The notes under the pieces were generated by a model. It was not told the origin of the DNA and did no database searches. It worked only from the letters and a program-made list of their open reading frames with translations. The translations under genes were made by a program, and so were the position numbers. A stretch of 63,112 nucleotides of DNA, counting the filler, from Hyphochytrium catenoides (Eukaryota > Protista > Hyphochytriomycota): the NCBI GenBank assembly GCA_900088475.1. It is 6 parts of 6 records of this genome, joined end to end, with 100 filler letters (N's around TTAATTAATTAA, not from the genome) between each part and the next. Parts side by side here need not be neighbours in the genome. Positions count along the whole stretch, not along the records: positions 20,361 to 48,359 come from FLMG01002625.1; 5 more parts are not named here. The stretch is one strand, 5' to 3'. How positions within the stretch are numbered: position 1 is the first letter of the stretch; each line of letters opens with the position of its first letter. Positions 24,301-33,300 of the stretch are shown here, piece by piece.

Positions 24301-24310
24301 CGGTGCCTAA
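21305..24310 (+). CDS. RelA/SpoT-synthetase-like nucleotidyltransferase domain fused to about 15 kinesin-light-chain-type (42-aa) TPR repeats; single exon
   Basis: Uninterrupted ORF, first ATG at 21305. NTase motifs TKRVERAEAK..YGGD..V.DYARTSIV..IKSLF..GGYRDVKLN..ICEVQLH lie at about 21830-22120. From about 22320 there are repeats of A..L..G.Y.EAE.LY..AL..RE..LG..HP.TL with a 42-aa period. Confidence 0.85.
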   Translation: MSSVPGGRRVTATGSMQILKVNSVGSKLSIPLLVPSSSKSTEGRLKAIQRRGTRENIARDVGRLNAAGRRLSVDRMHMDPIVALAENCVSLILEKLKQHATQLRYQQLFKDIVAQGELEGYTFPSVTEETRQPGKQLPADQYVVKAGEVRDTLESVTRALAERCGPSAVECFFGGTKRVERAEAKADRRYGGDLSGVLDYARTSIVLKDLASIRACVQAADDWARQDPSCPFTIARIKSLFSTEEEALPGGYRDVKLNLKIQEHICEVQLHLQPMWAVAGQDGYGLYQVVAGQDEDGNPILLTSGLEILESSLMTEETLMMMMQIAARRAEEPTILIPAILARQGKAKAAMEEYQKAVAHYEAKGQPDHPTVTWSKRGITEILLTQNESEEAVKHAATCVERSSKLYGPEHPETTSDTFLLASANAKNAKFAEAERCYRQVLERRREVLGEEDAKTQEVECELAALLAQKKERSEEAETLFRKVLASREDRLGSRHVLTLEAAGQVAFICSTRGKYAEAEPMYTRCMEGFEEAYGSSHPLYLTSTLNLAKLLQELRRYAEAAKLFEKVLESCRTLYGPTHEETLIAQKCLGMSLYRSKRYEEAEKLLQGTLEAREKSLGKDDERTISTMVSLGSVLIDAGKVDEGIQHLRQALDLYAQTLGEDSAAVVDVLQLLAGTLEANGEREQALKYFKRALNAAENVSGKESHDIITFSSAVGHCLTSLGRSREAEPHLRRALDLSSRLQGNRHKETLSIENELASVLGAELKVDEAIDLYKETLAGRSEVCGPKDLETLSTAYNLAILLHKTEKLKEAESLYQQAITGYEEILGPKHPHTLDAANNLASLFAVQENYAAAEPLFRQAVAGREEQLGSTDSSTLASFHSLGSMLYRQEKYSEAVPILKKGFDGRKQVLGQENSQFLSTMYYYAMSMARLGGKEAEATALCRECVALMRKNPATMNEDRVLELEEAAQELTAKLKWQRITSIFCCAGSQARVSVETGA

Positions 24311-24836
24311 CGGGAGAAACACTAGAGAGAGGGAGAGAGCTATAGAGATGCTGCTCTCACTATGAGAGTCATATTTCTTTATTGAGATATATAGACTTTT
24401 TTTTCATGCGCGGTGCCTTATCCCACCGTCACGTCTCACGGTCATGAGGAAGCCAATCGGATGGCGGTTGGCAATGAAAGATGCGTTTGCAGCCATCATA
24501 GATCGGATCTGCCGATGACCGTTAAATGAAACCTCTAACTAGGCACCGGCGAACAAACATTGGGCCTTAAGATAGCATAGCTTATAGCCCTCTCCTACGA
24601 CGACAGTGAGCGCTTTCATAGGCCCGAACTAAATGAGCACGGCAGAGAGAAGTCTTAGATAGTACGAGAAAGGGTCAGGAAAAGCATGGCATGTGTTATC
24701 TTTAGTATTTTGACCTATTGCGAAGCACGTGCTGACTGCCCTGTGCTGGCGCACCTAGCATAGGTCAGCACTTTGTAAGCAGTGTTAGCTCTGAGGTGGT
24801 CGCATAGCCAAAGCAAACGCTGGACAAGCTAAGTTC

Positions 24837-26031
24837 TTATGCGGACAGTCCGAGAAGAAGGTTGCTGCCCTGAGAATTGGGAATGTATGTCACGTTCTTG
24901 GCCCGAGCAAGAGTATCAGCAATCTCCTTGGCAGCGTCAATTCTCTGAACCTCGATGTAGCCCAGCCCTGCATCTGCGAGGGCATCAGAAATGAGCTTTG
25001 CAGCCTCTGACTCTCCCTCAGCTCTAATGATCGCAGCCTAATGAAGACATAGGAGAGAGGGGGTTAACCTTGCTGAATCTTTTGCCGGAATAGTAGTTGA
25101 TAGTTCGACTTACTCTCTTCTCCTGCTCAGCCTTCATGACGACGAACTTTGATCTCTCAGCTTCCTGGTAAGCAACCTGCTTGGCCTCAATAGCTTGGGT
25201 AAACTCCGACCCGAAGGTCAGGTGAGTGATAGACACATCTGACATCAAGACCAGGTCAGATGCCGAAGACGGTTATGAGAGATGTCAAAGATCATTGAGC
25301 CCGGCGACAAGCGCTCTCAGTTAGGGTTACTCACCATCAAGGATCAGGTTGAAGTTTTCTGCTCGAGCCATGAGTTCCTCCCGGATCTGTCGTGAGACCT
25401 TCTCTCTCTGGGTAAGCAGCTGGTCTGCGTTATACTGAGCCTAGGGGCACATCGTCAGCGCTCGTGATCTAACTCTTATCGTCTTTCTACGGTGCTTACC
25501 ACCACAGCCTTTAGCACCTCATTTCCGAGAGAAGGCAGTACACGATCATCAAAATCTAGGCCGAGGGTCTGATAAATCTTTGCGAGAGCAACCTCCTCAG
25601 GACGGGATAGCACCCTCAGTGAGATGTTAACGTTCTGAAGATCCTTGGTTCCTGTTACTGAGCTAATAACGCGCGGTCTAGAGCGTACGTCCATGATGTT
25701 GGGGTACTGCCAAATAGCAACAAGAGTCACTTAGTAACGTGTTGCTTGGGCTGACGAGTCCCAACCAGGTGTTACCTGGATATAAGGGATCCGGAAGTGT
25801 GTTCCCTCTCCGACGCACTCAGGCAGAACTCCGCGGAACCTGTCAAAAATCACAGCTCTCTCACCTCCGTCCACTGCAAGCGCAATGGGCAGTATGAGTA
25901 ATAATGACAGTCGAGATCCAGTCCGGCGTTGGCTTACCATTGTATAAGCATTCCTGGACGGCAACAGTGCCAACACTGACTGCAACACCCGCAGCAGCGA
26001 CTCTATTTAGAAAGCTCACAACCTGTGACAT
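24837..26031 (-). CDS. PHB1: Prohibitin (SPFH family, PHB1-like), 6 exons
   Basis: Spliced translation [139 protein letters not shown], with GT-AG introns. Confidence 0.95.
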
Positions 26032-26845
26032 GATTTACTCTTCTCACACAGCGGGAGTGAGCAACGATTATCTCTTAGACGTCAACTTTGGCAGACAGCT
26101 TAGGCGCTTCTGATCCTTGAACTTTCTGGAGCTCTCAAAGTGCCGATGAGGCTTCAGATCTCTGGTAGTAGCACTGTCTAGGAACCAAACAGAAGAGACT
26201 GGGGAGAGCGCGCGGCGGCAGCCAAAGAAAGGCACAGAGGAGGGTGATGGCTGTAAGAGAGAGAGGAGTGGAGAATTCTGGTACAGTTTGCGGCGGGCGA
26301 ACTTTCCCCAAAGGTTATTTTCAAGCATGTCTCCCTTTTTATAACTAAGACAGCGATGTGTTTCTTTCAAGCTTTTTTATTGCTATCATTCGTTTCAGAA
26401 CTCAGTTTGCCTGGAATTAGTTATCAAATATATAGGTTTTGGGGTGATTCTTTGGCGCATCAGAAGACAGAAGAAGAGTAAGTGTGGGTGATAGACAAAA
26501 AGGCGCTAAAGGTTACAACAGGTACTAAAGGTTACGAGCATGTGTTCTTGAGATAATAAACATAGAGAATCTTCATCTGGTGTGATCACATCAGCGTTAT
26601 TGCCTTCTTTCAATGGTGAGTGATGTGCTGGGGCCATTAGCTACTACTATCGCACACTTCTCCCTCCGCGCGTGGCCACTTAGTGACCCACGCCAAGACT
26701 ACTCGTAGGTGAAGGCAGAGAGTCATCTGCTGAAGGAGCATTGAAGAGGGCCGCGTTACCTCCATGAAATGAAATAGCTTACTAGTGACTCAACAATACT
26801 ATATCATGCGATATCTACGGAGAGAGATATGCACCATGCGATGCG

Positions 26846-26889
26846 CTTCTTCAGACCCTATCTTGCACTGGGCATAGGGTCTGAAGAAG
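26846..26889. repeat. Perfect 16-bp inverted repeat with 12-nt loop
   Basis: cttcttcagaccctat (26846-26861) and atagggtctgaagaag (26874-26889) are exact reverse complements. Confidence 0.9.
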
Positions 26890-27035
26890 AGACAGGATCC
26901 TTGTATAGCGGCTACTAACGTCCACTTTTGTCGAATGCTGATATTGGGTGTAAGGGCGCTTTCTGGAGGAGTGGACGCCTCACCACAAAGAAGGTGAGAG
27001 AACCATTAATGATAAGAACTGGGTTCTTGCCAACT

Positions 27036-28109
27036 CTATCTAGGAGAGGAATAGTCCTGGTTTTCTTCCTCTTTGAAGTCTACCAGCCTCTTCATAAAGG
27101 CCCTCACAGCGCCAGAGGAGTGCATGCAAACCAGAGATGTCTTGACGGCAGGTACACTTGAGAAAGGAGACTGTTTGTGTGACAAACAAGCCCTCTCTTC
27201 CTGTGTCCGAACGAGTCGAAGGAGTTCGTCATGTACCTCATCAGTAACCGGAGCTAAGCCACGGGAACGGGAAGGTTCCGGCAAGACCTGGCTTCGAGAG
27301 TCTAACTTAAAGGTTTGGTCTGGGTATTGGCTGTTATCAGAGGCTGGCATTTGGCGGAGAGTTTGAGTAAGATGGCTGAGAGCCGCTTGTGTAGAGAGAA
27401 AGACAATAATTAGGTCTCTTGACTGACGGGAGATGAGACGGAGAGATAGAGACAGCCCCTCGCGTGGATCGAACGAAGAGATGCTTCGAAAGGCACCAAC
27501 AGCCTTCCCTTCAGTTAGCTCTCGCGAGTATAGGCACACCTTCAGTTTAGTGCGCATAGCGAGAAAAGTGACCTTAGAATATCGCGCAATGACCGCAATG
27601 CCGCAAGCCATACTGATTAGGCTTGGGGCATGGACGTTGTAGCGGTCGCCAATGTTACTGAAGACGAGCTTGATGCTGGAGCTCAACAAAGGGTCTGGGG
27701 TAAGATCCTCTGGCTCTACTAAGGAAGGCCCGGTTTCTTCGCTCTTGTCCTTCCATGGAGTGGACCAGTAACGCGCTAGGATGAGGGCATCATAGTAAAA
27801 GGGTTCTTGAGGGATGCGGGTCTTCACTACTTCTGCCTGAGCCACTCCGCTTTGGAGATTTGGTCTACTTAATCTGTGCTTATTCTGCGCAAAGAGCAGG
27901 CTGAAGTCCTCCTGCAGCGACCTGAATTTTGACTTCGACGCCAAAACCCAGGATCCCAAGGCTCGTCTGCCCTTCTTGGGACGTCGGTGGCTTCCTGTCG
28001 AGATTGGTGTTACCATGCTGCTGAGTACGTCGCAGCTTGGCAGCGGGAGGTACGACTTCCAATCTTGGATCCTATGAGCAGAATGCTCTTGGGGTATGAG
28101 CTCAATCAC
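27036..28109 (-). CDS. Hypothetical protein (357-codon ORF, true 5' end uncertain, possibly with upstream exons to about 28850)
   Basis: Long non-repetitive open frame in a gene-dense contig. No recognised motif. Confidence 0.4.
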   Translation of the reverse strand: MIELIPQEHSAHRIQDWKSYLPLPSCDVLSSMVTPISTGSHRRPKKGRRALGSWVLASKSKFRSLQEDFSLLFAQNKHRLSRPNLQSGVAQAEVVKTRIPQEPFYYDALILARYWSTPWKDKSEETGPSLVEPEDLTPDPLLSSSIKLVFSNIGDRYNVHAPSLISMACGIAVIARYSKVTFLAMRTKLKVCLYSRELTEGKAVGAFRSISSFDPREGLSLSLRLISRQSRDLIIVFLSTQAALSHLTQTLRQMPASDNSQYPDQTFKLDSRSQVLPEPSRSRGLAPVTDEVHDELLRLVRTQEERACLSHKQSPFSSVPAVKTSLVCMHSSGAVRAFMKRLVDFKEEENQDYSSPR

Positions 28110-29202
28110 CGTCGATCATCTTTGTTGCCATTTCCACCCTTTTATGCTCGTCGGCTCGCCTGGGGGTTCGGATTACCTGGACGCGCTTTCGGAACTAGCA
28201 CTCGAGGCCAAGCCACCGGCAACAGGGCTCCTTCTCCCTAGATACATTTCCCCATAGCTATATTAGGTCGATATGTGAAGGAGAGGAAATTTCTACTCAG
28301 CTCATGAAGAAGCTGCCTGTGGTGGGAGACGAAGCGCACAAGGAGAGGAACGAAGAAAAAGTGGAGTCGTGACTTCTTCACTCAGGACGGGCATCACTAG
28401 TAACCCCCGCCTACTCTTGCAGTCTCCTCTGCGATGATAATGGAAGAATAAGAATGAGCGAGCTGATGAAGCCTCCGTCGTTGGGTCCCACCAGCAACAG
28501 GAGAGGAGGAGACACGCTGACAGAGCCGCTGGCAGAGCTCCTGCCAGGCATTTTAAAGGTTAAAGGTTCGTGCTTCGAAAGGTCAAACTCTGAGAGACAA
28601 ACAACAAACAACAGCCTTGGAGAAATTTGATTACCGGAGTCAATGATTCTTTCTTTGATTCGTTTCTCTTTTGATCCCTCTCCACAACTCCACAGAACAA
28701 CCTCCATCAGCCCTAATAAAATGACAGCCTTCCTCTCCCACCGTTTTGGTCAGTCTGACTGACTGACACCTGACCCAGGAGGCTCCAAACCGGAATAGTA
28801 TTAGGTAACTATTCATTTCTATTGATTCTTCTAGTGTCTTCACGGTCTATCTTTGGGTTAGCGCGCAGGCTTTTTTGGAAGGCCGCCATCGCGGTCATTG
28901 GAAGCCCTAACAGAAGGATGAATGTTGGGCAGTTTGCATGGAGAGGCTGAGGGGATGACGGAAGCAGGAAGAGAACGGGGCCAGCACTTTGAAGGGCAAG
29001 GCAGTCAAGAGAGGAGAGGTGGAGATTCATCTACAGCCTTCTGTCACGACGCACAGAGACCTTCAGGATCCTGCGAGTTCAAGCTCTCAGATCTTGACTT
29101 TCGCTGCTACTAGCAAAGGAGAAGAGAAGATCAAGTGCAAAGGAAGTTGGTTCTGCCTGCGTAGAGTATCTGCGTTTTAAGCGAGAGAGTTAAAGAGGCG
29201 AG

Positions 29203-32200
29203 ATGTACGTCTTTCTAGCGGCATCGGCTATTCTGACTAGCGAGCCCGCTAGGGCTGCGCTGGAAGTTACCTTTGCCGAGCTTTCTGTACTGTTTGCCGA
29301 GCATACCTTCGCGGTCTTGCTGCTGGTAGCTGCTGCATCAGCCCTGTGTACCTATGTCTCCATGAGGTCGATGCTGATCACTTCCAACGCCAAGGAGAAG
29401 GGAGCAACAGGATGGGATGGACTGCCTGATGCGGAGAGCGTTCGAGTTGAGACTGCCGCTCTTTCGCCAACCGAAAAGAATGGTCGGTATGCGCAAAGTA
29501 CTAAGGGGAGACAGAGGCCGCAAAATGTCGGAATTCTGGCCATTGAGACGTACTTTCCATCTCAGTACGTGGCGCAGGAGGAGCTGGAAAAGGCAAACAG
29601 CGTTTCCAGCGGGAAGTATACCATAGGACTTGGGCAAGAAGCCATGGCATTCGTATCAGACAGAGAAGATATCAACTCCATCTGTCTCACGGCAGTGCAT
29701 AACCTGCTAGACAAGTATAACATCTCACCACTCTCCATCGGCCGCCTGGAAGTCGGGACGGAGTCGCTCGTTGATAAGAGCAAGTCAACCAAGACAGTGC
29801 TCATGGAACTCTTTCGAGAGAGCGGCAACACGGACGTCGAGGGCGTTACCTCTATCAACGCTTGTTATGGAGGCACTGCGGCGCTGTTGAACTCTGTTGC
29901 GTGGGTGGAAAGCAGCAGCTGGTGAGCAGAAGCCCTTTCTGTCTAGTTGGCTTCTCTCTTGGTTGACTTCTCTCTTACACTGATCATTCCTTTTCTCTTT
30001 ATCCAGGGACGGGCGTTATGCACTAGTTGTGGCTGGCGATATTGCTGTGTATGCTAAGGGACCAGCAAGGCCTACTGGAGGCTGTGGAGCCGTGGCGATG
30101 CTTGTAGGACCGAATGCTCCTATTGTTCTTGAGCCAGGGCTACGAACCACCCACGCTGCTCATGTCTGGGACTTCTTTAAGCCTGACATGAACTCTGAGT
30201 ACCCAGTAGTGGACGGACAGTTCTCGAACGCTTGCTATCTCACCTCGCTGGATGACTGCTACTCGCGCTTTGCTGCAAAGCATGAAGATCGTGGGTTGGA
30301 CGGCAAACGCTTCAAGATTTCAGACTATGACTTCGCTGTGTTCCATTCCCCGTATAACAAGCTGGTCCAGAAGTCCTTTGCGAGGGTAAGTCTCGAGGCG
30401 GCTTGCCTCTGACGTCTCTTCCACTCCTATCCCTAGGTCTCTCTCTGTCTCGATCTATATCTTGCTTCTTTGTTTAAAGCATTTGCTTAGCCCATCGGGA
30501 CACTGGCGGTTGTGCTGCATGAATGTCTTTCAAATGCAAGAGAAACAAGTGGGGACGATAAGGGTTGAAGTCCATTCTACACTGCTTCCCCCTTCTTCAT
30601 CCTCCACGCTTGAACTGCGCTTTTCCTCCGTCTACCTAAGCTTCTTCTTGTCAACTGAAGAAGCCCTTAGGCGAGCGCAGACAGCTTATTCTTCGTAGCG
30701 CCGCTGCAGCTTAGTCTTCTGGCATTGTAATGCCTCCACTCTGACCGCTTACCGCCTTCATCCGCGTTTCTTTTGCAGATTCTTTTCAACGACTTCCTGC
30801 GCGATCCCACCAACCCTGCATATGCTGGCCTTGAGAGGTTCTTGACGATGCCTCGTGAGAAGACGTACAATGATCGCGAGCTGGACCTGGAGCTACGGAA
30901 GCTGTCCACGGACTTGTACAGGAGGATGGTAGTGCCTTCCGTGAAGCTAAGCCAGCAAGTGGGCAATTGTTATACAGCGTCTGTCTTCAACAACCTTGTC
31001 TGCCTCATCGACGCTATGAAAGAGCAACTGCTGGGCAAGAGAATCGTCATGTTCTNNNNNNNNNNNNNNNNNNNTTCGTGATCGCGTCCATGACCGGAAT
31101 GACTATGCGTCGACGGAGCCAGTGGAGCTCCTCTTCCCAGGAACCTACTACCTTGTGAAGGTCTCTAAGAACTGGCATCGAATCTACAACCGAAAGCCGC
31201 TGACAGACCGGAAGCTCACCCTAGACCAGCTTCCACCTCATTCTCTTCCTGCCGCAGTTGACTTTTCTCACGAAGCAATCCCGGAGTTGGGGGTGAGTGT
31301 GCCGAGGCAATCGCAGGTCCGAACTGTCATCGCTGCAACTTCACTAGGCCTCCCTGGTGGCCAGCGAGTGTTTGCCCCTGAGAACCTTGATCGTCTTTTA
31401 AATGGGGACAACGCCATTGGCCATGTGACGACGGCTGAACAACAGCAAATGATTGAGATGTCGATTGTTCAGCTGAAGAAGACAAAGCAAGGAGCGCTCC
31501 GCTTGCCAGTCACTTCACATGAGCAGTGCATCAAGCTCGCAGGCCTCCTAGGACAATTCTCTCTAGACCAGGACTATGGCATCCCTAGGAATGTCGTGTT
31601 GGCCATGGAGGAGCCCTCTCAACTGGCGGTGGCTGCTGGTTTGGAAGCCATGAAGTCAGCTGGTCTGGTGGCTGGGGACATTGTGAACGGCTGGGGCAAC
31701 TGGCGGCTCCCTGACGGACTTAGGGACAGCACAGGCATCATCTTTGCCACGTCTTTCCCTTTACTCCAGACGGGTGTCAAGGAGGTAAAGCGCTTCATGG
31801 CCAAAGGGAGGCCAATGGAGAGTGACCGCCTGGTCGAGACGCTCAAGGAGCGGGCGCTGTTGGCGGGCTTCTCTGAGGACTCGGCAGAACTGTCCTTGCT
31901 TGAACAGCTGCGTTCTCTGCCTTCAGAGGAGGAGGATGCCTTTGAGTTTGATCGCAAGTTCCTCTTCCGGGTCCTAGTCCTTGCAAATGCACAGCTGGCG
32001 CAGATCACTGGCGCGCGTGGTCCTAATTCGCAGATCAACGCTGCTTGCAGTGGCACCACGCAGGCGCTTGGGATGGCACAGGACTGGCTACGCTCTGGCC
32101 GTGCTGAAAGGGTTGTTGTCATTGCGGCGGACGACGCTTCCTGTGCCGACCTCTTTCCTTGGATTGGTAGCGGTTTCCGCGCTCTGGGTGCCTCCTGTCT

Positions 32201-32867
32201 AGCGGGAGATGTTACTGATGGTGCGCTGCCATTTGATAAGAGGAGAAGCGGGATGATCCTAGGTGCAGGAGCCGTGGGCGTAGTTTTGGAGAGAGAGAGC
32301 GCTTTCAAGCAACGTATCAACGGTCTGTCTGCGACCACTGCAGCTGCTCTGGCGGGACCCAAGTGCGAGCTGGTGGCCTCTCGCTTCACCAACTCCTCCT
32401 ACCATGGAGCCGCAATGGACAAGGATCACATTGCCATGGAGCTTGAGGCGTTTCTGAAAGAACTAAAGGAGCGGCAGGGAATCACTAAGGAGATGCTGGC
32501 GACCGATGGCGTGTACTTCAGCCATGAGACATGCACCAACGCCGCTCCGCAGACTTCCTGCGCTTTCTCTGAAGTGTTTGCCCTGCACCAGGTATTTGGC
32601 GAGCCACTTGTGAGTCAACTGCTGATCGCCAACACGAAGGGCTTCACTGGCCATCCGATGTCCGTCTCTTTTGAGGACATCGCAGCGATTGAGGGACTAG
32701 TCCGCGGCCTGCTTCCGGCAGTAGTAAACTTTAAGGAACATGATGAGAATTTGGGGGTCAAGTTGAACCTCTGGCGTGGCGGTCCTTGCAAGAAGAAGTA
32801 TGCGCTGCGGTTTGCTGCAGGGTTTGGCAGCCAGTGCGCCTTCACATTCTACCGCGTCCAGGGCTAA
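29203..32867 (+). CDS. Fusion protein: hydrophobic N-terminus + HMG-CoA synthase + C-terminal beta-ketoacyl synthase (KS) domain
   Basis: HMGS exons 29203-29921, 30007-30385 and 30779- carry [16 protein letters not shown] (Glu), NACYGGT (Cys), ARPTGG, FHSPY (His) and GNCYTAS. After the N gap 31056-31074, one open frame carries the HMGS C-terminus ([12 protein letters not shown]) and continues into a KS: [12 protein letters not shown] (Cys), [22 protein letters not shown] (His), NTKGFTGH (His), AGFGSQ. Confidence 0.9.
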
Positions 32868-33300
32868 GGGGCTCCATCGCGGGTAAGATCATTCTTGCGA
32901 GACATACTCAGCACAGCTGAGGAGGTAAGCTCGTGCGCCCATAGTGGGCCCCGTGTCAGCGCTGTACCTATGGTCTAATAATAGCTAATCAAACGCAAGG
33001 GCTTCACGCACACATGTTCCTCTATTCACATTTACGCCTCTTCATGTCTCCTTGTTGACCACCCTACCCTGTGAGTGGACCTCTCGCTTATCACAAGGTC
33101 CTGTCGCCGTTCTGTGGCCAGAATGAGAGTACACTCCACTCGCCGCTCTTTTTGTCCTAGTGCCGCTGCCTCCAAGATAAGCCTTCCACCCTTCGCCATA
33201 CGTTCCTCTCTGCAAACCATTCTTTTACTTCTATCTTCCTCTCTCTCTAAGGAGCTAAAGCTCCAAAGGTCATCCTTGGGAATAAATAGTGTTGCTGCTG

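Noticed and set aside
24729-24771. Imperfect hairpin between the TPR gene and prohibitin 3' ends
   Set aside because: 8-bp stem plus a bulged G-U stem only. Within chance expectation and no recognisable RNA family.
31056-31074. Apparent split of HMGS into separate ORFs or a pseudogene
   Set aside because: The break is an N gap that hides the SYGSG region. The flanking sequence is intact.
31619-32392. 257-aa antisense ORF over the KS domain (and similar antisense ORFs over other genes)
   Set aside because: Shadow frame of a well-supported sense gene, with no motifs.
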